A DNA stretch of 64,000 bases, taken from Chloroflexota bacterium. GTDB lineage: Bacteria > Chloroflexota > Limnocylindria > Limnocylindrales > CSP1-4. Within the stretch, counting starts at the first letter, position 1. Each line of letters starts with the position of its first letter. Below the pieces are notes generated by a model. It did not search any database, had not been told where the DNA came from, and saw only the letters and a program-made list of their open reading frames with translations. The stretch lies in assembly GCA_021802825.1 (NCBI GenBank), contig JAJZRG010000002.1, positions 92,740-156,739 of the forward strand, read 5' to 3'. Both the position numbers and the translations under genes were made by a program. Positions 32,706 to 43,681 of this stretch are shown piece after piece.

Positions 32706-33926
32706 ATGCACGTCTCGCGCGAGGTCGCCCGCCGGTTCCTGCTCGGTCGCCAGGGCCTCTGGCCGGGGCGCCGCTGGCGCGGAATGCGCGGCACCGCGAA
32801 GGCGATGCGCGCCATGGGCGACCTCCAGCTGGACCCGCTCCAGGTTGTGGCCCGGGCGCATGACATCGCGCTGGAGAGTCGGGTGCTCGGCTACCGGCCG
32901 GACGACTGGGCGATCCTCGCCTACGCGCGGCGCCAGTTCTTCGAGGCGGGCGGCTGGCTCGCGGTCCGGCCGATCGAGGAGCTGCCGTTCTATCGAGTCG
33001 TGATGCGCCGCGAGCGCGACCAGCCTCGGATCCGGAGGGTCGTCGAGGAGCACGCCGCGGCGGTGGACGAGATGCGCGCGATCCTCGCCACCGGTCGCGA
33101 AGTCGTGAACCGCGACTTCGCGACCAGTGATCGTGTCCGCGTGGAGAGCTACCGGGCGCGCAAGGACAGCGGGCTCGCCCTCCACTACCTGTGGCGGACC
33201 GGCGAGGCCATGGTCGCCCGGCGCGAGCGGTTTGAGCGCGTCTACGCCGCCGCCGAGGGGATCGCTCCTCCGCAGTACCTCCGGGAGGCGACCGACGCGG
33301 AGGCGGACGACCACCTCCTCCGTCGGCACGTCGGCCGGATGGGGTTTGCTCGGCTGACGGCCGTCCGCTGGGAGCTGATGCGCGACATCTCCGGGGCGGA
33401 GGTGACCGCCTGGCGCGAGCGGGCGCTTTCGGACGGCAGCCTCCTCGAGGTTGAGGTCGATGGGCTGGGGCGTCGACTGGTCCTCGGCGAAGAAGCACCG
33501 ATCCTCGAGACCCTAACCGGCGGACGCGTGCCCCGCGCGTGGCGCCCGCTCGAGACCACGACGCTCGACGAGGTCACCCTGCTGTCACCCCTCGAGCCTG
33601 CCATCCACGATCGAGAGCGCACCCGCGTGCTGTTCGGCTTCGACTACCTCTGGGAGGTCTACACGCCGGCCCACAAGCGGAGGTTCGGGTACTACGCGCT
33701 GCCGATCCTGTGGGGGGACCGCCTGGTCGGGCGGACCGACCTCAGGCTCGACCGGATCGCGAACTCGCTCCTCGTCAACGGGCTGTGGCTGGAGGAGCCG
33801 GCGACGGGGGACGAGCCAGCGTTCGAGGCGGCGTTGTGCGCCGGGATGGAGCGGTTCCGCGGATTCGTCGGCGCGGAGCGGATCGAGGCGCCCGGGATCG
33901 AGGTCCTGCGCCGGCTCCAGGGCTGA
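32706..33926 (+). CDS. Winged-helix DNA-binding protein of the YcaQ/AlkZ (DUF1006) family
   Basis: FDYLWEVYTPAHKRRFGYYALPILWGDRLVGRTDLRLDR and the overall length and pattern match the YcaQ/AlkZ family. Confidence 0.75.
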   Translation: MHVSREVARRFLLGRQGLWPGRRWRGMRGTAKAMRAMGDLQLDPLQVVARAHDIALESRVLGYRPDDWAILAYARRQFFEAGGWLAVRPIEELPFYRVVMRRERDQPRIRRVVEEHAAAVDEMRAILATGREVVNRDFATSDRVRVESYRARKDSGLALHYLWRTGEAMVARRERFERVYAAAEGIAPPQYLREATDAEADDHLLRRHVGRMGFARLTAVRWELMRDISGAEVTAWRERALSDGSLLEVEVDGLGRRLVLGEEAPILETLTGGRVPRAWRPLETTTLDEVTLLSPLEPAIHDRERTRVLFGFDYLWEVYTPAHKRRFGYYALPILWGDRLVGRTDLRLDRIANSLLVNGLWLEEPATGDEPAFEAALCAGMERFRGFVGAERIEAPGIEVLRRLQG

Positions 33927-34084
33927 GCCCATCGGGCCGCTCCCTAGGCGCCGGGGGCGTGTCAGGCGACTTCGTCGTACGGTGCGCGCAGCAGACGGTG
34001 TGAGAATCGCGAGCGCTGGGCCACGTCAGGCGACGGGCAGAAGGCTCGCCCAAGGATCGGCTGCCCGACGGAGGTTCGACCACG

Positions 34085-35581
34085 ATGACTGCCGCGCGAG
34101 CCGGCACCGGACCCAGGACGCAGCCGACGCCCCTCGCCGACGCGGTCGTGTTCTTCGGCGCCACCGGCGACCTCGCCTTCAAGCAGATCTTCCCCGCGCT
34201 CGCCGGGCTCATCCGCGACGAGGGCCTCGACGTGCCCATCATCGGCGTCGCGCGCTCGGGCGACCTCGAGAGCCTCCGGGAGCGCGCCCGCCAGAGCCTT
34301 GCGGCGAACGGGTTCACGGACGCGGCCGCGACCAGGGCGCTCACCGACCACCTGCGCTACGTCAAGGGCTCGGACGACGACGCGGCAACCTTCCACGCGC
34401 TGCGCCGCGAGCTCGGCGGCGCGCGCCACCCGCTCCACTACCTCGCGGTGCCGCCCGCGCTGTTCGGTGAGGTCGTCGTCAACCTCCAGGCGTCGGGCTG
34501 CTCGACCGGCGCCCGGATCATCGTCGAGAAGCCGTTCGGGCACGACCTCGCCTCGGCCATCGCCCTCAACGAGACGATCCACTCGGTGTTCGCCGAGCGC
34601 GACGTCTTCCGGATCGACCACTACCTGGGCAAGGAGCCCGTCCAGAACCTGCTCTACTTCCGCTTCGCGAACGCGTTCCTCGAGCCCATCTGGAATCGCG
34701 ACCACGTCTCGAGCGTGCAGATCAACATGCCCGAGGCGTTCGACGTGGCCGACCGGGGCGCCTTCTACGAGCAGGCCGGCGCGATCCGGGACGTCGTCCA
34801 GAACCACCTCCTGCAGGTGGTGAGCCTGCTCGCGATGGAGGCGCCGTCGGGCCACACCCGCGAGGCGGTCCGCAACGAGCAGTTCAAGGTGCTCGACTCG
34901 ATCCCGCCGCTCGCCCCCGACGACGTGGTCCGCGGGCAGTACCGCGGCTACCGCAAGGTCGCCGGCGTCGCGCCCAGGTCCAGGGTCGAGACGTTCGCGG
35001 CGATGCGGCTGCACGTGGACACCTGGCGCTGGTCCGGGGTGCCCTTCTATATCCGGACCGGCAAGTGCCTGCCCGCGACCGTCACCGAGGTCCTGGTTGA
35101 GATGCGCCGGCCGCCGCAGTCGGTGTTCGGCGATGCGGCGCCGGCCGATGCCGACTACTTCCGGTTCCGGCTCTCGCCCGACATGTCGATCTCGCTCGGG
35201 GCACGGGCGAAGAAGCCGGGCGAGGCGATGGTGGGCGAGGCGGTCGAGCTCTTCGCCTCGCACGAGCGGGGGACCGAGCGGCCGCCGTACCAGCGCCTGA
35301 TCGGGGACGCGATCGGCGGCGACCAGTCGCTGTTCGCCCGCGAGGATTCGGTCGAGGCGGCCTGGCGGGTCGTGGACGATGTGCTCGACGTTGGGACACC
35401 GCACGCGTACGAGCCGGGAACCTGGGGCCCCGACGAGGCCGCGAGCGTGCTCCGGCGCGGTGATCGCTGGCACAACCCGGTCGCGACGCCCCGAGTCCCC
35501 GCGGCGACGGTGCCTGGCCACGCGTCCGCGACGACGCCCGCGAGGGGCGCGGGCCGCGGCATCTCGGGCGACCACCGATGA
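34085..35581 (+). CDS. zwf: Glucose-6-phosphate dehydrogenase
   Basis: NADP-binding [19 protein letters not shown]; active-site signature RIDHYLGKE. Confidence 0.95.
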   Translation: MTAARAGTGPRTQPTPLADAVVFFGATGDLAFKQIFPALAGLIRDEGLDVPIIGVARSGDLESLRERARQSLAANGFTDAAATRALTDHLRYVKGSDDDAATFHALRRELGGARHPLHYLAVPPALFGEVVVNLQASGCSTGARIIVEKPFGHDLASAIALNETIHSVFAERDVFRIDHYLGKEPVQNLLYFRFANAFLEPIWNRDHVSSVQINMPEAFDVADRGAFYEQAGAIRDVVQNHLLQVVSLLAMEAPSGHTREAVRNEQFKVLDSIPPLAPDDVVRGQYRGYRKVAGVAPRSRVETFAAMRLHVDTWRWSGVPFYIRTGKCLPATVTEVLVEMRRPPQSVFGDAAPADADYFRFRLSPDMSISLGARAKKPGEAMVGEAVELFASHERGTERPPYQRLIGDAIGGDQSLFAREDSVEAAWRVVDDVLDVGTPHAYEPGTWGPDEAASVLRRGDRWHNPVATPRVPAATVPGHASATTPARGAGRGISGDHR

Positions 35582-38037
35582 GCGAGACGGAGGCGGACAC
35601 GCCGGCCGCCGAAGGCCTGCTGGCGCCGGGTGCGCCGGGCACCCCCCCGACCTGGTCGAGCAGCGACAAGGACGCCGTGGGCACGTCGCACTACTCGAGC
35701 CGGGTCTGGTTCACCGTCGGGCGCGGGATCCTCAACGAGGTCTACTGGCCGCACGTGGACCGGCCGCAGATCCGCGACCTCGGCTTCATCGTGGCCGACG
35801 ACGCGGGCTTCTGGAGCGAGGTGAAGCGCGACGCGACCCACGACGTCCACGGCGAGGGCGACGGCGTGCCGGCGATCACGGCCGTGCACCGCCACCCGAG
35901 CTACGAGCTCACGCTCCGGATCATCGCCGACGACCACGCCGATGTCGTCCGGATCGAGGCCCGGCTCGCGGACCTCCGCGACGCGGCCGACCCGGGGCTG
36001 GCTGCGCACCCGCTCCGCCTGTACCCCCTCCTGGCGCCGCACCTCGGCTTCAGCGGCCTCCGCGGCCGGGCGTGGGTGGGCGAGCACAAGGGGCGCCCCA
36101 TGCTGTTCGCCCAGGACGGGCCCTGGGCGCTCGCGCTCGCCTCTGACCCGGCGCCCGTGCGCCAGTCGGTGGGCTATGTGGGCGCCTCCGACGGCTGGCA
36201 CGACTTCGCGGCCAACGGCCGCATGACCTGGGCCTATGCGAGCACCGGCACCGGCAACGTCGCGGGCATGGCCGAGCTCGTGCTCGACGGTGGCCGGGCC
36301 CAGCTCGCGCTCGCGTTCGGGACCCGGCCGGAGGAGGCCGGGCTCGAGGCGTCGGCGGCCCTAGCCGGTCCGTTCGAGAGCGCCTGGGGCGAGTACGTCG
36401 CGAACTGGCACGGCTTCCTTCGCACCGTGGTCGACCCGCCGGCTGACCTGCCGCAGGCGGACCGAGACCTGTACCTCGTCTCGGCGTCGGTGCTGCGGGC
36501 GCACCAGGACCGGACCCTTCCTGGCGCGACGGTGGCTAGCCTCTCGATCCCGTGGGGCAACACCCGCAACGACCTCGGCGGCTACCACCTGGTCTGGGCG
36601 CGCGACCTTGTCGAGTCCGCAGGCGCCGTCGTCGCGCTCGGCGCGGCCGCCACGGCCCGGCGCACGCTCGCCTACCTCGTTGCGTCCCAGGAGCCGGACG
36701 GCCACTGGCCCCAGAACCAGTGGGTGGACGGGGTTCCCTACTGGACCGGCCTCCAGCTCGACGAGTCCGCCTACCCGCTGCTCCTGGCCGGGGCGCTCCG
36801 GACCGGCGCCTCGCACATGCACGGCCGGACCGGCCCTCACGTGGAGGCGTTCCAGAACCTCGTGGCGCAGCCGGCGCTGGACCGGATGATCGCGCGTGCC
36901 GCGGGCTTCCTCGCGCGGACGGGCCCGGTCACCAGCGAGGATCGCTGGGAGGAGACCGCTGGGCTCTGCCCGTCCACCCTGGCGCCCGTCGTGGCAGCCC
37001 TCGTCGTGGCCGCCGACCACCTTCCGGAGCCGGGCGCCAGCTACTGCCTCGAGCTCGCCGACGACTGGAACGCATCGATCGAGGACTGGACGTACGCGCG
37101 AGGCACCCGTCTGGCCCAGGCCCACGGCGTGGACGGCCACTACATCCGGATCGCGTCGCCGGACGTGCTCGCCGGGGCGCCGCTGTCCACCCCGGTCACG
37201 CTCCGGAACCAGCCTCCGGGCTCGTCGCTCGTGTCTGGTGACGAGATGGTCGGGACCGACTTCCTGGCGCTCGTGCGATTCGGGCTCCGCCTGCCCGACG
37301 ACCCCCGGATCGTGTCCAGCCTCGCCGTCGCCGACGCCCTCCTGCGGACGGACACCCCGAGCGGGCCCGTCTGGCACCGCTACACGGGCGACGGCTATGG
37401 CGAGCACGAGGACGGGAGTGCGTTCGACGGGACCGGGATCGGGCGGGGCTGGCCGCTGCTGGTGGGCGAGCGCGGCCACTTCGAGCTCGACGCCGGCCGC
37501 GACGCGCGACCCTACCTGACGGCGATGCGACGCATGGCATCGCGCGGCGGGATGCTGCCCGAGCAGGTCTGGGACGCGGCGCCGATCCCCGAGCGCCGCC
37601 TAGCGCCCGGCCGGCCGAGCGGTTCGGCGATGCCGCTCGCCTGGGCCCACGCGGAGTACGTGAAGCTCGTCCGGTCGATCGCCCTGGGCCACTCGATCGA
37701 CCGGCCCGAGGCGGCCTGGCGACGCTACCGCGGGATCGCCCCGACGCCGACGCGGGCGACGTGGCGGTTCACCGCCGCGCGACCCTCGATGCCGACCGGC
37801 CGCACCCTCCGGCTGGAGGTGCTCGCGCCGGCTCGCGTCCGCTACTCGACCGATGGCGGCCGACGCTGGGCGGACCTCGACGCCCGCGACACGGGCCTCG
37901 GCGTGTGGGTGGCCGACATCCCCGGCTCGGACCGGCTGCCCCCCGGCGCGGCCGTGGACTTCACGTTCTGGTGGCCCGAGGCCGGCCACTGGGAGGGACG
38001 CGACTTTCGGGTGGGGGTCGTCGCGCGGGGCCAGTGA
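35578..38037 (+). CDS. Glycoside hydrolase family 15 protein (bacterial glucoamylase/glucodextranase/trehalase-like)
   Basis: ATG overlaps the zwf stop (ATGA); N-terminal beta-sandwich domain plus (alpha/alpha)6 catalytic domain with RWEETAGL catalytic-Glu region. Confidence 0.85.
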   Translation: MSETEADTPAAEGLLAPGAPGTPPTWSSSDKDAVGTSHYSSRVWFTVGRGILNEVYWPHVDRPQIRDLGFIVADDAGFWSEVKRDATHDVHGEGDGVPAITAVHRHPSYELTLRIIADDHADVVRIEARLADLRDAADPGLAAHPLRLYPLLAPHLGFSGLRGRAWVGEHKGRPMLFAQDGPWALALASDPAPVRQSVGYVGASDGWHDFAANGRMTWAYASTGTGNVAGMAELVLDGGRAQLALAFGTRPEEAGLEASAALAGPFESAWGEYVANWHGFLRTVVDPPADLPQADRDLYLVSASVLRAHQDRTLPGATVASLSIPWGNTRNDLGGYHLVWARDLVESAGAVVALGAAATARRTLAYLVASQEPDGHWPQNQWVDGVPYWTGLQLDESAYPLLLAGALRTGASHMHGRTGPHVEAFQNLVAQPALDRMIARAAGFLARTGPVTSEDRWEETAGLCPSTLAPVVAALVVAADHLPEPGASYCLELADDWNASIEDWTYARGTRLAQAHGVDGHYIRIASPDVLAGAPLSTPVTLRNQPPGSSLVSGDEMVGTDFLALVRFGLRLPDDPRIVSSLAVADALLRTDTPSGPVWHRYTGDGYGEHEDGSAFDGTGIGRGWPLLVGERGHFELDAGRDARPYLTAMRRMASRGGMLPEQVWDAAPIPERRLAPGRPSGSAMPLAWAHAEYVKLVRSIALGHSIDRPEAAWRRYRGIAPTPTRATWRFTAARPSMPTGRTLRLEVLAPARVRYSTDGGRRWADLDARDTGLGVWVADIPGSDRLPPGAAVDFTFWWPEAGHWEGRDFRVGVVARGQ

Positions 38038-38212
38038 TTCAGCGGCCGCGAGCGTCGCCTGTGTCAACCTGAGAGCTTGGCGCCGGGCGCGGACGACCGC
38101 GGCAAGGTCCTGAGGGGTCCGCGGATGACGCAGATCCGGACAATCGCGGTTCCCGATCGCCGTGGTGGTGTCGCGACACAGGACCACAAGGGGCGGTGGT
38201 CGGATGGGGGAG

Positions 38213-38267
38213 TGGAGCCGACACTCGGATTTGAACCGAGGACCTGCTGTTTACGAACTAGATCGGC
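38213..38267 (-). other. tRNA 3'-end-like fragment (T-arm + acceptor 3' strand + CCA), about 55 nt; candidate att site remnant at a genomic-island boundary
   Basis: Minus strand reads GCCGATCTAGTTCGTAAACAGCAGGTCCTCGGTTCAAATCCGAGTGTCGGCTCCA: T-arm CTCGG-TTCAAAT-CCGAG, acceptor strand TGTCGGC, discriminator T, CCA. No D-arm or anticodon arm could be folded upstream by eye. Confidence 0.45.
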
Positions 38268-38489
38268 CTAAGCGCTGTGGCCTGAGCGTGGGATGGCGAG
38301 CGCAGGCTGCTCAGTTAGCAGGTCTTCGTTTCGAGCTCGTATCGCTGCTGCTCATTGCCTCCGAGGATGCGCGTGGTCACCGCCATCCTAGCCCGCTACC
38401 GAAACGACGCAACCCCGTTCTTGCTCCGAATGCGGCCGATCACCCGAACTGTACTGTGCGGGCTTTGGTGAAGTAGGTGGGATCGGCTC

Positions 38490-38506
38490 GGTGGGCCCGC
38501 GGCCCA
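38490..38506. repeat. Perfect palindrome GTGGGCC-CGC-GGCCCAC (7-bp stem)
   Basis: Read directly in the non-coding stretch between the tRNA-like fragment and the first island gene. Confidence 0.5.
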
Positions 38507-38739
38507 CACTCATCCGAGCCTATCAGCATGCTGAGCCCGCGGCGGGGCGACGACGCGAAGGATGGCCCTCTGGACGCGAGCCGGCCGACGTCAGTGCGGT
38601 GTCGCCGACCCAAACCTAGCAACGACCACGACGAACCCTTCTAGCCCGCCCGACCGGCTCACGCACCTAAACCTTCGGGGCTGGTGAACACGGCACACGC
38701 TCGTGCATGGACGCCGTGATCTCGGCCACTCGCCCTTCG

Positions 38740-39513
38740 TCAGCGCTGTCGGCTCGAGCCTGGCGCACTTCCCTCCCACCGGCGCTCCAGGGAGGCCTTG
38801 TCATGCTGCACGCGGACGATGACTCCAGCGAGGATCCGCGCGATCCCTTGCCCCTGTTGTGGCGACAGCGGCGGCGGGGGGCACCACTCGCTGCAGTGGG
38901 TGACGCCGGTCGGTCCGTACTGCCAGCTCATCGTCGCGCAGGTCGGGTAGAGCGCCCGGTACCCCGCCCCCTCGCGCTCGAAGGCCTCGGCCTCCTCTGG
39001 CGTGTGCTTCGTTGCGGGCTTCCACTCCGGCGCCCCGACGAAGCCCCGGCCGCACCGGCGGCAGGCGGCACCTCCCGCGAACTCCTCCCAGGACAGGCGC
39101 TGCTCCTCGGTCCAGCGCCGCGCAAGGTGGAAGACCGGAACCGCCCGGCAGTACCGGGCGCGGAAGACGAGGCGCTCGTCGCCGACCTCGACCGCGAAGT
39201 GGACGACCACGCCGTCGTGGCGCCGCACGTGCCCGACCGTCTCTGCCCGACGCCGGCACTCCTTCGCATCGGACTTCTCCGGCCGCTCGGCCGGGGTCCA
39301 CAGGCCTCGCGCGGCGGCTGCCCCGAGCCAGTCGCGCTCGCACCCCGGGTACCACTCGGAGAAGTGGGTCAACTCGTCGCGTGGGTCGTCGAGCGCGGCC
39401 GCCCGGCGCGCCCACGCCTCGTAGTCGTCTCGGGCGCTCCCGCTGATCAGGACCTCGACCGCCTCGATCGCTGCCCGCTCTGCCCGCTGCGGGCCGGGGC
39501 GACGTCCTGCCAT
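38740..39513 (-). CDS. Hypothetical protein
   Basis: ATG 39511-39513 with GGAGGATGATGAG RBS; 257 aa; Cys/Trp-containing; co-directional with the upstream excisionase-like gene. Confidence 0.45.
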   Translation of the reverse strand: MAGRRPGPQRAERAAIEAVEVLISGSARDDYEAWARRAAALDDPRDELTHFSEWYPGCERDWLGAAAARGLWTPAERPEKSDAKECRRRAETVGHVRRHDGVVVHFAVEVGDERLVFRARYCRAVPVFHLARRWTEEQRLSWEEFAGGAACRRCGRGFVGAPEWKPATKHTPEEAEAFEREGAGYRALYPTCATMSWQYGPTGVTHCSEWCPPPPLSPQQGQGIARILAGVIVRVQHDKASLERRWEGSAPGSSRQR

Positions 39514-39544
39514 CTCATCATCCTCCGCGGCGGACGCGCTCGCC

Positions 39545-40351
39545 TCACCACGACCGGCGGCCGGGGTAGCCGCGTCCCTTCTTGCTGGCGGCGGCTGCCG
39601 TCGTGTACGCGCGGATGCTGGTCCACGACGCGCGGTACCGGTCGGCGTCCTCGGCGAGCCGCCCCTCGATCCACTCCTCAAGCGCCCTCACGGGCAGGAG
39701 GACCCGCTTGCCGATGCGCAGGCTCGGGATCGTGCCCTTGGCCGCGAGCGACCCGATCGTGGACGCGGACAGCCCGATCACCCTGGCGGCGTCGGCGACC
39801 GAGATCAGCAGCGGCTCCATGCCCACGGCGAAGCGCTCGTCGCGCGGCGAGGCCACCTCAGGCGGCTCAGCCTTCGGCGGCGGCGCGGCCGTCGGGGCGG
39901 ACGGCGGCGGCTGCGCCCACGGGTCCTCCTGCTCGCGGTGCTCCTTGCGCGCGACGTGGTAGCTCATCGCCACCGGATCGATGAGCAGCCGGCACCGCAG
40001 GCAGATGCGCTTGGGTGACGGGGCGTCCGGCGGCAGCTGGCGGGACAGGCGCTCGATGGCGATGCCGACCTGCCGCGCCTCCACGCGGAGCGACGCGCCC
40101 GCGCCGAGGTTCGCGATTCCGACCCAGGAGCCGTCAGGCCGTCGGAAGACGCCGCTCTCGCCGTGGGCGAGGCCGAAGTGGCGCCCCTCGGGGTCGACGG
40201 GCCTGATCCTGTCCGGCGAGATCGGCCGGGGCGCGATCACGCACTCACGGTGGGCCGGGGAGTCGACGTGCCGCTCCCAGTCGCGCCAGGTCCTCCAGGT
40301 CACGACCACGTCGCACACGGCGCAGTAGCTGACGCGCTCGGTTGTCGCCAT
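39545..40351 (-). CDS. Helix-turn-helix (excisionase/MerR-like HTH_17) DNA-binding protein with a Cys/His-containing N-terminus
   Basis: C-terminal LLISVADAARVIGLSASTIGSLAAKGTIPSLRIGKRVLLPVRALEEWIE is an excisionase-family HTH; N-terminus has CAVCD...H...C. Confidence 0.55.
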   Translation of the reverse strand: MATTERVSYCAVCDVVVTWRTWRDWERHVDSPAHRECVIAPRPISPDRIRPVDPEGRHFGLAHGESGVFRRPDGSWVGIANLGAGASLRVEARQVGIAIERLSRQLPPDAPSPKRICLRCRLLIDPVAMSYHVARKEHREQEDPWAQPPPSAPTAAPPPKAEPPEVASPRDERFAVGMEPLLISVADAARVIGLSASTIGSLAAKGTIPSLRIGKRVLLPVRALEEWIEGRLAEDADRYRASWTSIRAYTTAAAASKKGRGYPGRRSW

Positions 40352-41371
40352 GCACTGGATTGTGCCCCGCCGGAGAGTCGGGGTCTCAGGCTGTGTGCCA
40401 CCCTGAGCGCCGGCGACCCAACGCTCCCCCGCAGCCGCTGGACTCTGGCCGCCCGTAACGGCCCCGGGTCCACCTCCTCTCGCCGGCAGCATGACCAGCA
40501 GGGGCCGTCGAGGGTCGTTCGGCAGCACGTGGCCGCAGGCAGTCGGGGTCCACGACCACGCATGCCGTGCCTCGAAAGCTCGCGGACGATGCCCAGATCT
40601 CCCCCGCTGCAGCGCTCGGGCGAGCGGACGGCCTCGACTCCAGTTGCGGGCGCCCTCGGTGGCGTCCACGCGATCGCGGTCGGCCGGCGACGGCGTCGAT
40701 CTCGCTCAGGAATGCGTCCGCGACCTTCTGGAACATGTGCGACGAGGGTTGGGACGGGCGGACGGACCTGTCCGCAACCCAGTACGTGTACTCGTCCCAT
40801 TCAAGGAGCAACGCTGCAGACGTCCCGGCGGTGAGCCGCGGCCGTCCCTCCTCCCAGTCGTGGACCGCGCCTGAGAGCTCGCGTTCGTACCCGCGCAGGG
40901 ACGGGGACCCAGATCGCCGGAGCGACACGATCGAGGGACGCTCTGGCGCGATGGACGCTCGCGGTGCCGCAGCCTGCGGCCCGGACGATGGGCAGGCGAT
41001 GGACCCGCTGTTCGTGGCGGACCCGAGCGAGGCCGAAATCGGGGAGGCCCTCCGCCTGCGGCCCTGGTTCGCCGGGAAGCCGGTCCGGCCGCTGCTCGTC
41101 TCGGCCTTCGGCGACGTCTTCGTCGAGACGGACGCCGGCGACGCGTGGGTCCACGCGGCGGGGCACGAACCGCGGGATGACCACCCAGCGCGCGGCCGCG
41201 CCAGGCACATCGGGTCGTCTCGCCGATCCCGCGCCGCCGGGCCAGTGAGGGTTGGACCGCAGTTCGGGGCCTCGCGTCCCGCGCACGCAGGGACGAATGT
41301 CCTCCCCGCGGCTGAGGCACCGGCAATAGCCTCGCTTGCTGACCAGCCAGCACTCCAAGGGGGAACGCGAC

Positions 41372-41758
41372 ATGCAGGAAGAACTCGACGACATCGCAGG
41401 CGGGCGCGGCGATGATCCCAAGAACCGGCTCGTCGAGCTCGCTCGCGACTTCGAGGAGCTTGGCGAGACGCCCCGGGGCGACGCCGAGAAGTGGATCCTT
41501 GCTGGCCTCATGGCCGTGGCGTGCGTAGGGCAGCCGCTTTTCGGCGTTCCCCTCGCGATCATCATGGGAGGGGAGGTCGGCGACAAGGTGCTGCGCCTCC
41601 TGCGGAGCGGCCACCGGCCGAGCGGGCCGGCCGCGCTCGAGGCCGTCGAGGCCGTCGAGGCCGTCGAGGATCCCCGCACCTTCGCCAACGACCCGGCGGC
41701 GATCGAGGCGGCCGAGGCCGCGATCAAGAGCATGCCGGAGCTCGCCGAGGGGGACTGA
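41372..41758 (+). CDS. Hypothetical acidic protein (128 aa) with an internal 9-bp tandem repeat
   Basis: ATG after AAGGGGGA; gaggccgtc x3-4 at 41639-41668 encodes LEAVEAVEAVED. Confidence 0.4.
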   Translation: MQEELDDIAGGRGDDPKNRLVELARDFEELGETPRGDAEKWILAGLMAVACVGQPLFGVPLAIIMGGEVGDKVLRLLRSGHRPSGPAALEAVEAVEAVEDPRTFANDPAAIEAAEAAIKSMPELAEGD

Positions 41759-42193
41759 CCTCTGTCGGGCTCGCTGGCGCTGGGGACGAGCGCCGTCGCC
41801 GGCAGAGGCGGCGGGCCTTGACGTTCCGCGAACCTCGTGACCACCTCCGCCTTCGCTTGACCCCCTCGGGCATGTCTCAGGCGCGATGCGGGCCACGGTG
41901 GCAACAACATCGACCAGCGAGGTCTTGTCGGCCAAGGCGAATCCGAGCGCGTAATGGTCCTCGACGGAGATGTCGCCGTCCGTCTCGCGTCTTGCGATCT
42001 CGCCGGCACTGGCATCAGGTTCTCAACAACGAACCTCAGGCAAGTCGTTTGCGTAGTGTGGGCCGTGTGCGGCGACACCTCGAACCCGGTGTTTTCGTTC
42101 CCCGGTCAGGCACCCACTAGGTACGTCCGCAAGGGATCGTGACACCCGAGCTGCTTCGAAAACCCCTCCCGAGGACGACTGGGCGGAATGACC

Positions 42194-43420
42194 TCACGCA
42201 GGCTGGACGATCGAGACCTGGTAGCCGAGCGCCTCGAGGCGGCGGGTGAGCCGGTGGCGCGTGCGCTCGCGGTCGCGCTCGTCGAGGTAGGCGGCCCCGA
42301 GGTCCTGGAACTCGACCCCGCGGGCGAGGACGTGGTACGCGATCACGATGATGTTGTGGGCGACCGCGAAGGTGGCCCGCTTGGCGCCGCGGCGGGCGGC
42401 GAGCCTCTGGTGGAGCGCGCCGAGGTACGTCGGGCTGCGGCCCGCGGCCTTCGCCGCCTCGACGAGCATCGAGCGGAGCCAGGGGCTGCCCTTGCGGGCG
42501 CGGCCCGAGCGCGACTTGCCGGCGCTCTCGTGGTTGCCCAGGCACAGGCCGGCCCAGGAGGCGAGGTGGCCCGGGCTGGGGAAGCGCCCCATGTCCGACC
42601 CGACCTCGGACAGGATCGTCTCGGCCGTCCGGCGCCCGACGCCCGGGATCGTCTGGAGGCGCGCCAGCTCCGCCTCCAGCCCGGCGAGGCGGGACGCGAC
42701 CTCCGCCGACACCTCGGCGACCAGCGCGTCGATGGCGTCGAGGTGCCGCAGCAGGGCCCCGAGCAGGAACCGCTGGTGCGGGCCGACCCGGCCCTCGAGC
42801 GCCTCGACCAGGGAGTCGTGCTTCTCGCGCATGCGCCCGCGGGCGAGCGACGCGATCGCCTCCGCGTCGGCGTCGCCGCCGACCATCGCCTCGAGCATGG
42901 CCCGGCCCGACACGCCGACCACGTCCGATGCGACCGAGGCGAGCTTGACGTTCGCGCCCTCGAGCACCTTCTGGATCCGGTTGACCTCGGCCGTCCGCGC
43001 CTGGAGCAGGGTGGTGCGGTACCGGGTGAGCTCGCGCAGCTCGCGCTCGGGCCGCTCCGGGATGAACGACGGGCGCAGGAGGCCGTGCCGGAGCAGGTCG
43101 GCGATCCACTCCGAGTCCCGGACGTCGGTCTTGCGGCCGGGGACCGCCTTGAGGTGGGTCGCGTTGACGACGACGAGCTCGAAGCCGCCCTCGAGCACGT
43201 TGTACACGGGCTTCCAGAACGACCCAGTGCTCTCCATCGCGACGACCGAGACGCCCGCCCCCGCGAGCCAGTCGGAGAGCTCGAGCAGTCCCCGGCTGGT
43301 CGAGCGGAACGAGGCGACCTCCCGCTCCGGCCGGCCCCGCTGCCCCGGGGTGAGGCGGCAGGCGACGATGACCCGCTTGTGCACGTCGAGCCCCGCGCAC
43401 CGGGCGTGGACGACTTCCAC
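42194..43420 (-). CDS. IS110-family transposase
   Basis: GTG start with GGAGGAG RBS (VEVVHARCAGLDVHKRVIVA...); DEDD-type N-terminal domain and C-terminal IS110 transposase domain (TIPGVGRRTAETILSEVG). Confidence 0.9.
   Translation of the reverse strand: MEVVHARCAGLDVHKRVIVACRLTPGQRGRPEREVASFRSTSRGLLELSDWLAGAGVSVVAMESTGSFWKPVYNVLEGGFELVVVNATHLKAVPGRKTDVRDSEWIADLLRHGLLRPSFIPERPERELRELTRYRTTLLQARTAEVNRIQKVLEGANVKLASVASDVVGVSGRAMLEAMVGGDADAEAIASLARGRMREKHDSLVEALEGRVGPHQRFLLGALLRHLDAIDALVAEVSAEVASRLAGLEAELARLQTIPGVGRRTAETILSEVGSDMGRFPSPGHLASWAGLCLGNHESAGKSRSGRARKGSPWLRSMLVEAAKAAGRSPTYLGALHQRLAARRGAKRATFAVAHNIIVIAYHVLARGVEFQDLGAAYLDERDRERTRHRLTRRLEALGYQVSIVQPA
42194..43420 (-). mobile_element. IS110-family insertion sequence; ends not definable by eye because IS110 elements lack terminal inverted repeats
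   Basis: Single transposase gene immediately upstream of, and divergent from, the SNF2 helicase start. Confidence 0.6.
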
Positions 43421-43681
43421 CGGACGCTCCTCCGCGGCCGCCGGCGGGCGCCCATCGTTCAGAAACTGCTTCGCGTGCTCGCCCCAGGGGAGCGGCAACA
43501 GACGGCGATGCCCGCAGGCGCCCGGGGCCAGGCTGTCACGCGGGCTCGAGGCACCAATCTTGGTGCGGCCTCGTCGACCGGCACGACCGCGGCCCCATTT
43601 TCATACGCGGCGGTGGCGCGCGTGCCATCAGAGCTGTCACCGCAGGCGTTATGGTTGGCCCGAAGTCCGGGTGCTAGCAAC

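Noticed and set aside
33962-35575. 537-aa minus-strand ORF
   Set aside because: Antisense to zwf, which has an unambiguous RIDHYLGKE signature.
38213-38420. Possibility that the tRNA-like 3' end belongs to a tmRNA (ssrA)
   Set aside because: The acceptor strand would require a 5' GCCGACA rather than the conserved GGGG of tmRNA, and no tag-peptide reading frame ending in ALAA/LAA was found upstream on the minus strand.
40950-41230. Possible small gene (MDARGAAACGPDDGQAMDPLFVADPSEAEIGEALRLRPWFAGKPVRPLLVSAFGDVFVETDAGDAWVHAAG...)
   Set aside because: GC3 bias is coding-like for about 90 codons, but there is no clear stop or RBS and the frame degrades into junk; too uncertain to call as a feature.
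42188-43681. N-terminal 498 codons of the 1699-aa plus-strand ORF running into the helicase
   Set aside because: This part is antisense to the IS110 transposase and R/A/G-rich; the helicase-like sequence begins only at the ATG at 43682.
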